Shown: one piece after another, positions 1 to 9,155 of the stretch
Layout: every line of letters begins with the position of its first letter
Position numbering within the stretch: the first letter of the stretch is position 1
From: Pseudohongiella sp.
Lineage (GTDB): Bacteria; Pseudomonadota; Gammaproteobacteria; Pseudomonadales; Pseudohongiellaceae
Assembly (NCBI GenBank): GCA_030652635.1
Contig: JAUSPW010000620.1
Span: 1 to 33,950 of the forward strand
Direction of reading: 5' to 3'
DNA length: 33,950 nucleotides
Notes under the pieces: model-generated
What the model was told of the DNA's origin: nothing
The model's database searches: none
The model's input: only the letters and a program-made list of their open reading frames with translations
Position numbers and translations under genes: made by a program

Positions 1-71
1 TGGGTTTCCACCGTGACTAAAGGAGCTTCGACGCCTTGATTTGCACGGGTATAAACGATGGCAAGCGACAT
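1..71 (-). CDS. comM: ComM/YifB family Mg-chelatase-like AAA+ ATPase, 5' end (runs off the window)
   Basis: Reverse strand from ATG at 71 reads MSLAIVYTRANQGVEAPLVTVET, the characteristic YifB/ComM N-terminus; GGAGGAG RBS at 78-84. Too short here to appear in the ORF track. Confidence 0.9.
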   Translation of the reverse strand, partial: MSLAIVYTRANQGVEAPLVTVET

Positions 72-77
72 GGTTGT

Positions 78-120
78 CTCCTCCGTGAGCACAATTTTTC
101 AGCATCACATCCTGTGATGC
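78..120 (-). promoter_or_regulatory. Putative CsrA/RsmA binding sites in the comM leader
   Basis: Minus strand GCATCACA-GGA-TGTGATGC (102-120) is a perfect 8-bp stem with GGA in the loop; a second CACGGAGGAG (78-87) overlaps the RBS. Confidence 0.55.
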
Positions 121-124
121 AGTT

Positions 125-628
125 CTATTCAACAAGCTTGCGAATAGTGTCCAAGGGTATAAAAAGTTTCAGCGGATTTGATGGCAATGGCAGAAATCCG
201 AATTGTTTATAAACCCCGGCAGCCTGACTATCTGTGGCATCAACAATCACAGCATAGACTGCAATCACTTCACTTGCTCTAGTAACTCTGCACAATGCAT
301 CAGCCAACATGACAGCCCCAAGACCTTTACCTTGATGTTTCTGGTCTACTGCAAGACGACTGAGCAGCACAACAGGTAATGGATACTTTGGCAGCTTTTG
401 TCTGATCAGAATTGGCAAATCCACTACATCTACCGTGCCTGCACACAGGCCATAGTAGGCACAAATTGTTTTAGAGCCGGCTGAGTCTACCGCGACAAAA
501 ACTTTATTTATTCGACGGTTGATGTCCTGCATTGCATAACGGTGCAGGTATTTGTTCAGGTTGGAATCACCGCAGTCAAAAATCTCGCGGCAATGATTTT
601 TCGTCAGCACTTCAATCACGACATCCAT
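125..628 (-). CDS. GNAT-family acetyltransferase toxin (AtaT/TacT/KacT-like) of a type II TA system
   Basis: FDCG..LNKYL N-terminal motif, LP.YP.PVVLLSRLAVD, acetyl-CoA loop QGKGLG, VIVDA and YKQFGF; directly downstream of a DUF1778 gene. Confidence 0.9.
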   Translation of the reverse strand: MDVVIEVLTKNHCREIFDCGDSNLNKYLHRYAMQDINRRINKVFVAVDSAGSKTICAYYGLCAGTVDVVDLPILIRQKLPKYPLPVVLLSRLAVDQKHQGKGLGAVMLADALCRVTRASEVIAVYAVIVDATDSQAAGVYKQFGFLPLPSNPLKLFIPLDTIRKLVE

Positions 629-651
629 GTCATCGACTCATCACTGGAAGA

Positions 652-936
652 TCAAATAGACTGCAACTCTTTCAGGTCTGCAAATGCGGCAAGCAATTTT
701 TTATTGGGCTTTGGCGGATTCTCAAGCGCATCCATAAACACTTGGGCATCCTCCACAGTTAAAGCAACAGTTTCATGGGCTTTTATGACTTGATCAGCGC
801 CACTAACAGCCTGATTTATAACAAATTCTGAAATATTTTTGTTCTGATAAGCCGCCGCTCTCTCAATTTTCAGTTTTGAAATGGTATCCAGCCGTATGTG
901 CATACGTTCCTGTTTCAAACTATCCGTTGGTGACAT
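652..936 (-). CDS. DUF1778-family ribbon-helix-helix antitoxin (AtaR/TacA-like)
   Basis: KQERMHIRL..K..IERAAA...SEFV and C-terminal F..AL.NPP.PN.KL motifs; 94 aa; upstream of the GNAT gene. Confidence 0.9.
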   Translation of the reverse strand: MSPTDSLKQERMHIRLDTISKLKIERAAAYQNKNISEFVINQAVSGADQVIKAHETVALTVEDAQVFMDALENPPKPNKKLLAAFADLKELQSI

Positions 937-969
937 GAAGCAACTCCTGCGGCACTTGTGATGCGCAAC

Positions 970-998
970 AGTGTACGCCTGGTGTACGCACGCCTCAA
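970..998 (-). promoter_or_regulatory. Sigma70 promoter of the TA operon with overlapping palindromic operator
   Basis: Minus strand TTGAGG (998-993), 17-bp spacer, TACACT (975-970); imperfect inverted repeat GTACGCC-T-GGTGTAC (973-987) overlaps the -10 and spacer. Confidence 0.65.
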
Positions 999-1056
999 GA
1001 CAAGAGCTGAATTGTGCGTTTTGTTTCGTACAAAGACATAGAAGTTATAGCGCAAA

Positions 1057-2781
1057 TCAGAACACTTCGCGCGCCAACGTGGATTCAAAACCACGCTCGC
1101 GCTCAAGCTCAAGAAGAACAAGCAAATCGTCGTAACTGATCGGCCGGCTGAAGTAATAGCCTTGCACCTGATCACACTGATGCTCGCGCAGGAAATCTAC
1201 CTGCCCGATGGTTTCGGCGCCCTCAGCAATCACCTTCATATTCAGGCTGTGGGCCAGATTGATGATGGCTTTTACGATGGTGGCATCGTCCAGATTGCTC
1301 TGCACGTTGCTAACAAAAGATCGGTCAATTTTTAACGCGGAGATCGGTAGGCGCTGAATGTGAGCAAACGAGGAATAACCGGTACCAAAGTCATCAAGCG
1401 ATATGGCAATACCCAGATCGCTGAGCTCGCGCAGGCTCTGATCAACTGCACTGCCTTCAATCATCATGGTGGTTTCAGTCAGTTCAAACTCAAGGCGCCC
1501 AGGACTGATGCCATGTTTTTTAATAATGTTGGCGACGGTGCGTACAAAGTTTTTGTCCTGAAACTGCTTAAACGCCACGTTCACAGCAATTTGCACGTGA
1601 TCGTGCCCTTTGGAGGACAGCTCATTCAGCTGCTTACACGCGGAGTGGATAATCCAGTACCCCAACGGAACGATCAAGCCACTTTCTTCAGCAACACGAA
1701 TAAACGCGCCGGGCGGCAACAAACCACGCACAGGGTGCTGCCAGCGCAATAACGCTTCAACACCCACAATTTTGTTGCGGCTGATATCAATACGCGGCTG
1801 GAAGTGCAGGACAAAATCTTCTTTTCGCAGGCTGCGACGAATTTCCGATTCCAGTTTAAGTTCTTTCTGGGCGTCATCAGTCATGTCATAGGTGTAACGC
1901 TGCCAGGTGTTGCCACGCTCCTGTTTGGCCACGCGCATCGCCATGTCTGCTTGCCCAAACAGATTATCAACACTGATCTCACCATCTTCTTTGATGGCGA
2001 GCCCAAGGCTCACGTTCATTTTGACGGCGTTGCGACCCAACAAAAACGGCTTGGCCATCGCTGCCAGCACTGCCTCACAGCGCAGGACTGCCTCAGTTTC
2101 AACTGAGCCGGCGGTGTTCTGGAAAATGACGGCGAATTCGTTACCACCCACACGCGCAAGACGCTGGTGAGGCAACAGGCATGACTGAAGCCTTTCTGCA
2201 ATCAGTTGAATCAATGCGTCCCCGGCTCCTTGACCATAAGACACGTTCACCTTTTTAAATTGGTCGACATCGATCAACAACAAAGCCACCGACGCTGTTT
2301 CAGTGCGCTGCGCCAGCACCGTGGCCAGCTGTTCCCTCAAATGCTGGCGATTGCTTAAACCCGTCAGCGGATCCGGCAAGCGTGCGGGCTGTTGCAGCAC
2401 AGGCTGTCTGCGGGCGCCAAAGTGCAATAGCACACTGCGCATGATATGCACACTCAGACCATCGCGCGGCAATACTTCAAAATCGCGGGGAGGGTCTTGA
2501 CTGAAAGAATTGTCATCGGTCTGCAAGCTCTTATCCGTCAGTACGACCAAGGGCAGGTTGACTTGTTGACGGCTAAGTTCTATCAGCAAACGGGCTGCGA
2601 TTTGTACATCGGAAATCTGTCCCCAAAGCATCAGCTGGTAACGCGCAAGATTGCGGGTCGCCAGGGCTTTTGGATCTGCAGGGCACGATTCCAGCTCGCT
2701 AGGTATATCCGGAATGCCTTGTAGCAAGCGGTTTACCTGACTGAAATCCGAATCCTGCTCGGAGATTAACAATACTCGCAC
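1057..2781 (-). CDS. Pseudo-receiver/GGDEF-EAL protein, likely c-di-GMP phosphodiesterase
   Basis: DPLTGLSNR and IDVDQFK.VN present, signature degenerate as GGNEF; intact EALLRW, ELTE, DDFGTGYSS, LKIDRSF, EGAET and QGYYFSRP. Divergent from rep, similar in position to P. aeruginosa PA5295 (ProE). Confidence 0.9.
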   Translation of the reverse strand: MRVLLISEQDSDFSQVNRLLQGIPDIPSELESCPADPKALATRNLARYQLMLWGQISDVQIAARLLIELSRQQVNLPLVVLTDKSLQTDDNSFSQDPPRDFEVLPRDGLSVHIMRSVLLHFGARRQPVLQQPARLPDPLTGLSNRQHLREQLATVLAQRTETASVALLLIDVDQFKKVNVSYGQGAGDALIQLIAERLQSCLLPHQRLARVGGNEFAVIFQNTAGSVETEAVLRCEAVLAAMAKPFLLGRNAVKMNVSLGLAIKEDGEISVDNLFGQADMAMRVAKQERGNTWQRYTYDMTDDAQKELKLESEIRRSLRKEDFVLHFQPRIDISRNKIVGVEALLRWQHPVRGLLPPGAFIRVAEESGLIVPLGYWIIHSACKQLNELSSKGHDHVQIAVNVAFKQFQDKNFVRTVANIIKKHGISPGRLEFELTETTMMIEGSAVDQSLRELSDLGIAISLDDFGTGYSSFAHIQRLPISALKIDRSFVSNVQSNLDDATIVKAIINLAHSLNMKVIAEGAETIGQVDFLREHQCDQVQGYYFSRPISYDDLLVLLELERERGFESTLAREVF

Positions 2782-2984
2782 TACACCGCTCCATGGGGGG
2801 GGCTTTATGTACTCTATCGTACCTATAATTCAGCTTGGCGGAATACCACACAATCAGGTATCGGCCTTCACTTCATAAACTTCAGGTGATCCAGTTCACA
2901 AATTCAGCATTTAGTTGCCAGGCATCGTCTTGGGGTATACTCCCCGGCTTGCTGAAATCGCCCTGCTCAGGATCCATCTTCTCT

Positions 2985-5030
2985 GTGAACAAACTCAACC
3001 CCCGTCAAACCGAGGCTGTTCGTTACATCAGCTCACCACTGCTGGTCCTTGCGGGTGCCGGCAGCGGCAAGACAAGCGTTATAACACAAAAAATTTCTTG
3101 GCTGATAAATGAATGTGGCATCGCCGCACACAAAATTGTGGCAGTGACATTCACCAATAAAGCCGCCCGCGAGATGAAAGAGCGTGTCGGTCGCCTGCTC
3201 AAAGAACAAAATACCTCTCGCGAACGAGGGCGAGGACTGACCATCGCGACCTTCCATCATCTCGGTCTGACCATCATTCGCCACGAACTTAAACATATCG
3301 GCATCAAAAGCGGTTTCTCAATTTTTGATAGCCAGGATGCGCTCGCCTTGATCAAGAGTCTGATGATCAAGGCGGAAAACAGTAATGACGAGCAGCTACG
3401 CTGGTTGCAGAATCAAATTTCAGACTGGAAAAATGATCTGTTATTGCCCGCGCAAGCCATGGACAAAGCCGAGGATGAGCAGACCCTGCTGGCGGCCCGT
3501 GTTTATGAGGAATACCAGCGACATCTGCGCGCGTTTAATGCGGTAGATTTTGATGACTTGATTCTGCTGCCGGTGCTGTTGTTTCAACAGCAGCCCGCCG
3601 TGTTGGAACGTTGGCAGAATCGTGTGCATTACCTGCTCGTTGACGAGTATCAAGACACCAATACCAGCCAATACCTGCTGGTCAAACTGCTGGTCGGCCC
3701 GCGCAATGGCTTGACGGTGGTGGGTGATGATGACCAATCCATCTATGCTTGGCGCGGCGCGCGACCTGAGAACATGTTGCAGTTTCAACACGACTATCCG
3801 TCTTTGAAAGTGATAAAACTGGAGCAGAATTATCGCTCCAGCAACATCATTTTGCAGGCAGCCAACACATTGATCGCGAACAATCCGCACTTGTACGAAA
3901 AAAGTCTATGGAGCGAGCTCGGTTTGGGAGAGCCGATGCGGGTGCTGGCCATGCCGGATCAGGAGGCGGAAGTCGAGCGGATAGCCATGGAGATTCTTAG
4001 TCTTTGTGTGCAGAAGCAGCTCAAATTTGGCGACTTTGCGATTCTGTACCGGGGCAACCATCAAGCGCGCCTGCTGGAAATAAAATTACAGTCACATCAG
4101 ATTCCGTATCAGCTCAGCGGCGGAACCTCGTTTTTTTCGCGCGCAGAAATCAAAGACATCATGGCCTACCTGCGTTTGCTGATTAATCCCGATGATGACA
4201 ACGCCTTCCTGCGCGTGATTAACACCCCGCGGCGCAAAATTGGGCCATCCATTCTTGAAGGCCTCGGCAGTTATGCCACCGAGCGCGGCATCAGCCAGTT
4301 ATCGGCTTGCCATGAAATGGGTCTGGAACAATTTTTAGGTACCACACAAGTTGAAAAACTACGCCGTTTCAGCCATTGGATCAGCGCTGTTGCAAAAAAA
4401 TGTCAGCAAGATGATCCGGTACGCAGTATCCGCGAGATGATCAGCGACATGGATTATGAAGGCTGGTTGCACCAGACCAGCAACACACCTAATGCCGCTG
4501 AGCGCGCCATGGCGAATGTGCATGTGTTGGTTGACTCACTCGCTCGCAGTTTGCAAAAAAATGAAGAAAACGAAGACGGCGCTGATCCGGCGATTAACCC
4601 TGTGGAAGCCGCCATCAACAAACTGATTCTGCGCGACATGCTTGAACGTCAGGAAGAGGACGCCATCGACAATCAGGTACAGCTGATGACATTGCATGCT
4701 GCCAAAGGCCTAGAGTTCCCCTGGGTATTTATCATGGGCATGGAAGAAGACCTGCTGCCACACCGTAACAGCATTGATACCGATAATATCGAAGAGGAAC
4801 GCCGCCTTGCCTATGTGGGCATCACCCGGGCACGGCGCGGATTGATTTTTACGCTGGCTAAAAAACGAAAACAATACGGCGAAGTCAGTAGCAGTATACC
4901 CAGTCGGTTTCTGGATGAGATTCCAGCGGATTACCTTGAGTGGGAGGGCAGAGGCGACAGTACACCTGAGCAGAAACAGAAAAAAGGAGAGGAGGCGCTG
5001 GCCAGTTTGCGGGCATTGCTGGGGGGGTGA
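2985..5030 (+). CDS. rep: ATP-dependent DNA helicase Rep
   Basis: LNPRQ, LAGAGSGKTSVITQKI, TFTNKAAREMKERV, VDEYQDTN, VGDDDQSIY, LEQNYRS, TLHAAKGLEF and EEERRLAYVGITRA. Start placed at GTG 2985 (AGGA upstream) rather than 2835. Confidence 0.95.
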   Translation: MNKLNPRQTEAVRYISSPLLVLAGAGSGKTSVITQKISWLINECGIAAHKIVAVTFTNKAAREMKERVGRLLKEQNTSRERGRGLTIATFHHLGLTIIRHELKHIGIKSGFSIFDSQDALALIKSLMIKAENSNDEQLRWLQNQISDWKNDLLLPAQAMDKAEDEQTLLAARVYEEYQRHLRAFNAVDFDDLILLPVLLFQQQPAVLERWQNRVHYLLVDEYQDTNTSQYLLVKLLVGPRNGLTVVGDDDQSIYAWRGARPENMLQFQHDYPSLKVIKLEQNYRSSNIILQAANTLIANNPHLYEKSLWSELGLGEPMRVLAMPDQEAEVERIAMEILSLCVQKQLKFGDFAILYRGNHQARLLEIKLQSHQIPYQLSGGTSFFSRAEIKDIMAYLRLLINPDDDNAFLRVINTPRRKIGPSILEGLGSYATERGISQLSACHEMGLEQFLGTTQVEKLRRFSHWISAVAKKCQQDDPVRSIREMISDMDYEGWLHQTSNTPNAAERAMANVHVLVDSLARSLQKNEENEDGADPAINPVEAAINKLILRDMLERQEEDAIDNQVQLMTLHAAKGLEFPWVFIMGMEEDLLPHRNSIDTDNIEEERRLAYVGITRARRGLIFTLAKKRKQYGEVSSSIPSRFLDEIPADYLEWEGRGDSTPEQKQKKGEEALASLRALLGG

Positions 5031-5042
5031 TATTGCCCCCCC
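5021..5042. terminator. GC-rich hairpin between convergent rep and cytochrome c5 genes
   Basis: G7-TGATATTG-C7; no clear U-tract on either strand. Confidence 0.4.
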
Positions 5043-5059
5043 AACTCCATCTAGGTAAC

Positions 5060-5431
5060 TTATTCCTTGATAGATTCATCCAGAATGTACTGAACCATCG
5101 CCTTCAGATCATCGTCTGAACAGGTGAAGCACATACCTTTAGGTGGCATAACATTGTTAAAGCCACTGATGGTGTGCTCAACCAACACGTCAAAACCTTT
5201 TTCAAGGCGGGCTGACCAGTCTTCGGCATTGCCCATACGTGGTGCACCGGCAGCGCCACTGTTGTGGCAAGCGCCACAGCTTTGTGTATAGGTACGCGCC
5301 GGGTCAAAGCCTTCGGTCAACTGCGCCAGTGTCAGCGTCTGGCCGGCTGAGGCTGAACCACTTGCCAATACGGATGCCAGGACCAGGCCAGACAATGCAA
5401 TACCGGTTTTTACGACGTTCTTCAATTTCAC
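5060..5431 (-). CDS. Cytochrome c5-family monoheme cytochrome
   Basis: Signal peptide, CGACH, GAAGAP..G...W..R, MPPKGMCFTC. Confidence 0.9.
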   Translation of the reverse strand: MKLKNVVKTGIALSGLVLASVLASGSASAGQTLTLAQLTEGFDPARTYTQSCGACHNSGAAGAPRMGNAEDWSARLEKGFDVLVEHTISGFNNVMPPKGMCFTCSDDDLKAMVQYILDESIKE

Positions 5432-5562
5432 GTTAATACCCCTTTCTCTTGGCTAATATGGGCGCCCAGGGTTTTGATACACGAAGGGCAGCTCGTTAAA
5501 ACAACTTTTTCAGGTGGTAGTATCTGCGGCACAACATTAACCGCAGATGAATACCCAACAAC

Positions 5563-6027
5563 TTACTGGGCGCTGGCACCGGACAGGTACTGCACTACTT
5601 CACCAATTTGTTCGTCGGTGCAGGTTGCACACATACCGCGTGGCGGCATGGCATTGATACCAGTAATGGCATTATTGATGATGGTCGCAAGACCTGCTTC
5701 CGCCACTCGAGCAGTCCAATGCGCAGCATCGTCACGACGTGGAGCGTTCGCCATACCAGTGTTGTGACACATAGCGCAATATTGCTCGTACGTGCCTTGT
5801 GCACTGAACGTCGCAGTTGCAGCTTGAGCCATCGCAGGAGCGGCTGCTCCACCACCGCTTGCACAGGACTCACCCGCCAGACAAACACTGCCGACTGGCG
5901 TCAGACGCTCGGCAATCTGCTGATCACGAACGGATTGTGCCAGTGCGGCACCGGCAACACTTAAACCTACAATCATCAGGCCAATCTTGATCACGCGGGA
6001 CTGCATACCCTTACTTAACATTTTCAC
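5563..6027 (-). CDS. Cytochrome c5 (CycB-like)
   Basis: Signal peptide, IAERLTPVGSVC N-terminal motif, Ala-rich linker, CAMCH, MPPRGMCATC. Start codon uncertain. Confidence 0.9.
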   Translation of the reverse strand: MKMLSKGMQSRVIKIGLMIVGLSVAGAALAQSVRDQQIAERLTPVGSVCLAGESCASGGGAAAPAMAQAATATFSAQGTYEQYCAMCHNTGMANAPRRDDAAHWTARVAEAGLATIINNAITGINAMPPRGMCATCTDEQIGEVVQYLSGASAQ

Positions 6028-6179
6028 GGTTAACTCCTAAGCTGACGGGACTAAATGAAGACTGGAATACTCTACTCTGGCCTGAGAGGGTCAGACAGTG
6101 CTAACAGACCACTGTTCAAGTGGCTTTGTTACAGCGCCGCATTATAAACAAATAAGCTGTCGTATGGTAAGGGGCATCC

Positions 6180-6205
6180 GGGGACGGAGGCATGCCTCCG
6201 TCCCC
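6180..6205. repeat. Perfect 26-bp palindrome, REP-like element or terminator stem
   Basis: GGGGACGGAGGCATGCCTCCGTCCCC equals its own reverse complement; lies 7 bp beyond the stop codon at 6213. Confidence 0.7.
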
Positions 6206-6212
6206 AAATACA

Positions 6213-6920
6213 TCAATGCGTACGAAAACTACCATCCGCTGGCGCAGACACCGGTTTAGGGCTTTCAAGCCAGGGCAGATCAACTGGTAAGTGCCAGTTG
6301 GCTTCACGGGCCTTGGTAATAAACAACTCTATCAACTGATGTACGTTGTCCAGCGACAAAGGGATTGCCAACACCGGCACATGTTGTGAGGCCTTTGTCA
6401 TCGCATCAGGCATTTGCAGACCGCGGAAAGCCAAGGTCAAACGGTCACCTTTAACTTGCACCGTCAGTTCTGTCGCCAGATAGATACCAAGCGCCGCTGG
6501 CGGCTCAGCTGATTCAACAACAGTATCTGAAGCAGACTGTGTCGCCTTTTCAGCGACTGCCTCAGCAGACTTTTGCGCAACTTCAGCTTTGTCTGCGCGC
6601 GTTTTAGCTTCCATCGCCCCTTGATGCGACATCTGCAACACTTCCTGCCAATACGCCGCCGGTGTCTTATCAAGTCCGGATAACTCCGGCAGTCGCGACA
6701 AGACCTGCTGCAACACCAGCATGGTCATGCGCCGGGTCATTAACAGAGTGACGTCATCAATACCCGCTCGCTCGGCTTTCATCAGCAGGCGGTCTTCATA
6801 GGCGCTGAAATTGATATTGAGTTTTTTGCTCAGCGGGTAGGTGACGTCCAAAGGCTTTTTGGCGGGAGTATTTTGCGGTTGAGCTGTCGGATCTGTCTCA
6901 ACGGCTTGGTTATTGCTCAT
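6213..6920 (-). CDS. Hypothetical protein, last gene of the S-layer downstream cluster
   Basis: Long ORF; ATG 6920 preceded by AGGA. The EDRLL...LLMTRR motif resembles uncharacterised proteins I recall near sapC/T1SS loci (unverified). Confidence 0.7.
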   Translation of the reverse strand: MSNNQAVETDPTAQPQNTPAKKPLDVTYPLSKKLNINFSAYEDRLLMKAERAGIDDVTLLMTRRMTMLVLQQVLSRLPELSGLDKTPAAYWQEVLQMSHQGAMEAKTRADKAEVAQKSAEAVAEKATQSASDTVVESAEPPAALGIYLATELTVQVKGDRLTLAFRGLQMPDAMTKASQHVPVLAIPLSLDNVHQLIELFITKAREANWHLPVDLPWLESPKPVSAPADGSFRTH

Positions 6921-7033
6921 GTGTGATCCTGTGTTTTCGTTCAAACTATTTGTGAATTTTGTAAAACAGTTTCATGGTTACAATATATGCCGATGATTAA
7001 TTTTAACAACGCCTACGGCGCTGATTTGCGTCG

Positions 7034-7540
7034 CTACGCCTTCAAACGGGAGATTGTCCTCAGATTTAGCAGCACCGCAACGGATTCAGCCAGTAGTGCT
7101 GGCCATGCCTGCCAGATGATGTCATTGATAACCCAGGCGATACTAGACGCAATCATGAGTATCCGCATGGAACGGTTTTCGAGATAAAACAATGCCAAAG
7201 TTGTGTTGATCACCGCGAAAGCTGGGAGCAAAGACACTGGCCCCTGCCAACTAAAGACGGTCATGGCGACAAAGGCTGCGACAAAAGAAGCAGCAATCGC
7301 ATGCTTGCGCGTTGGGCTGGTTAACAATCCGGATACCATGGTTCTGGCGGCCGTGCAACTCATGGTAAGGGCAGCAGTCCATGCGCCGAGCAGCAGGTAC
7401 ATAAATCCCCACAACACGGCGCCGGCAGCTGACCAGCGCCGGAAGGCGCTGGCGTCATACAGCACATAGGATCGCCATTCAACCGCGATACCAACCGCGC
7501 CGATGGCATAGGCCAGCCAGAATACAACCTGATCAGGCAA
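7034..7540 (-). CDS. YgjV-like inner-membrane protein
   Basis: 168 aa, several hydrophobic helices, YLLLGAWTAA, W.G..SLLP and MR......S..W..ND patterns; start overlaps the methyltransferase stop. Confidence 0.7.
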   Translation of the reverse strand: MPDQVVFWLAYAIGAVGIAVEWRSYVLYDASAFRRWSAAGAVLWGFMYLLLGAWTAALTMSCTAARTMVSGLLTSPTRKHAIAASFVAAFVAMTVFSWQGPVSLLPAFAVINTTLALFYLENRSMRILMIASSIAWVINDIIWQAWPALLAESVAVLLNLRTISRLKA

Positions 7541-9068
7541 TCTGCAGGGCCTTCAGGACTGGCAGCTGTATATCAGCAAAGACTTTGGCTTGGCTGAGCA
7601 GTTCCTTCAAGTTGTCTTCCGGACTTTCAATCGGGCTGTTATCACGGATCAGCTTCTGGCCTTGAATCTGCAGCGTTTCCCAAACAAACTTTGCCCAGTC
7701 TTCCGGTTGTTTGCGTCCATTGCTGATTGCCAACAAGAACAGCTGATTAAATCGTGTAGCGAATACGCCGCCACCGGTTACCGGACTGGCAAGGTATGAA
7801 ATTTCACCGCTGGATCGGGCCTTGTTCATCAGTGTCTGGTTAATCAGATCTGCATGTTTTTTAGCTTTATTAATCACAGAGTCTTCTTGCACAGGACTGA
7901 GATGATTCGCACCGATGAGTATCATCACCGCTTGTATGACCTGGCCAAAACTGATCTGGTGCTTTGCAGCATGTGCTTCTATTTGCGCCAGCGTTCGAAT
8001 TTTGTGGTCGGCCAGATAGTCCAGAATTGGGTCGTAAATTGACTCACTCATCTTGGCCTCACCGACAGCGCCATTTACTTTCAAGCTGACATCAGATCGT
8101 AGTGTCGTGAGTATAACGCGCTGCGCTCTCAGTGCTTCTGTGCGGTCCAGTGCCGACAGTTTTCGTGGACCTTTTACCCAGTAGTCTTTCCTGAACTGCT
8201 GGTTTACAACAAAATCGCGAACGGATTCCCGGAACATGGCATCAGGGATTTCCTGTAAAAACGTCTGTTGCTCCGGGGTCATATTGATGGCATCGATATG
8301 GTCCAGATAGTTCGCAGAACAGGCATAACTGACTTTGGCAGGCTCTAACCAATCTGCCATTTTTGAGAAATGCATTGGGTGCCAATCCCGGTTGAAATAT
8401 TCATGCGCCAGATAGTGGCGGTTTTGGTCTTTTAATTTTTTGATGCGATCGCCCACCAGAGGGTTAGCTCGAGAGAATGCCGGATTGGTTTGCAGCAGTT
8501 TGTCTGCAAATTCAACTGCATCATTCACTCGTGACACGATACCGCGACCTTCTGAACTAATGATTTGCGCATGTTCCGACATCAGGTGACGGATGGGGGC
8601 GAATGCTGACCAACCCGGCAAGGTGTTGTAGCTGATATACAACACACCACCTACTTTCAGCTTCTTGCGAATAAAGTCGACAATAATTTGCCGGTTTTCA
8701 TCAGAGATCCAACTCCAGATACCGTGCAAACCAATAAAATCAAAATCTGGCAGATCTGCTCGTTTGGAAAACTCTTCAAACGATTCGTCAAACAACTGGG
8801 CATTGTTGCCGGAGAGGTTGGCGATTTCCTGAGCGCAACCCGCCTGCGCAGGGTCAAAGTCGGTGCCGTACCACTTGCTGATGGAGGCTGCTGCCTGAAG
8901 ATTCGTACTCATACCTTGACCAAATCCCAGCTCGCAAGCTGTTCCCACTTCCGGGAACACAAGGCCTTGATTCAGGAAAGCCAGTTTCAGGCGGATGGGG
9001 TTAAGCTCCATATAATATCCATAGGTATAACCGATATCCGCTACGTAGCCTGCTCTCCAATCGCTCAT
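7533..9068 (-). CDS. Class I SAM-dependent methyltransferase with methyltransferase regulatory domain
   Basis: W..GYV.DI.YT.GYY.ELNP, SAM motif ELGFGQG, FDFIGLHGIWSW, YISYNTLPGW, YLAHEY and NQQFRKDYW. Confidence 0.85.
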   Translation of the reverse strand: MSDWRAGYVADIGYTYGYYMELNPIRLKLAFLNQGLVFPEVGTACELGFGQGMSTNLQAAASISKWYGTDFDPAQAGCAQEIANLSGNNAQLFDESFEEFSKRADLPDFDFIGLHGIWSWISDENRQIIVDFIRKKLKVGGVLYISYNTLPGWSAFAPIRHLMSEHAQIISSEGRGIVSRVNDAVEFADKLLQTNPAFSRANPLVGDRIKKLKDQNRHYLAHEYFNRDWHPMHFSKMADWLEPAKVSYACSANYLDHIDAINMTPEQQTFLQEIPDAMFRESVRDFVVNQQFRKDYWVKGPRKLSALDRTEALRAQRVILTTLRSDVSLKVNGAVGEAKMSESIYDPILDYLADHKIRTLAQIEAHAAKHQISFGQVIQAVMILIGANHLSPVQEDSVINKAKKHADLINQTLMNKARSSGEISYLASPVTGGGVFATRFNQLFLLAISNGRKQPEDWAKFVWETLQIQGQKLIRDNSPIESPEDNLKELLSQAKVFADIQLPVLKALQIA

Positions 9069-9155
9069 ATAAGTGTCCTGTTCTTGAATTCTTTATTTAA
9101 AGTGTTAGTGCCTGTTGGCAGGCGAAAGTATCACCTAATCGAGGGTTTTTTTCTA

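Noticed and set aside
113-964. TGTGATGC at 113-120 and 957-964 as a possible target-site duplication around the TA module
   Set aside because: Only 8 bp, excludes the TA promoter, and the left copy is explained by the GGA hairpin.
2835-2984. 50-aa N-terminal extension of Rep in the ORF track
   Set aside because: Rep homology starts at (V/M)NKLNPRQ; GTG 2985 has an RBS.
6951-6966. Partial CRP-like site TGTGA-ATTTTG-TAAAA
   Set aside because: 8/10 match in AT-rich DNA and too close to the start codon for an activator geometry.
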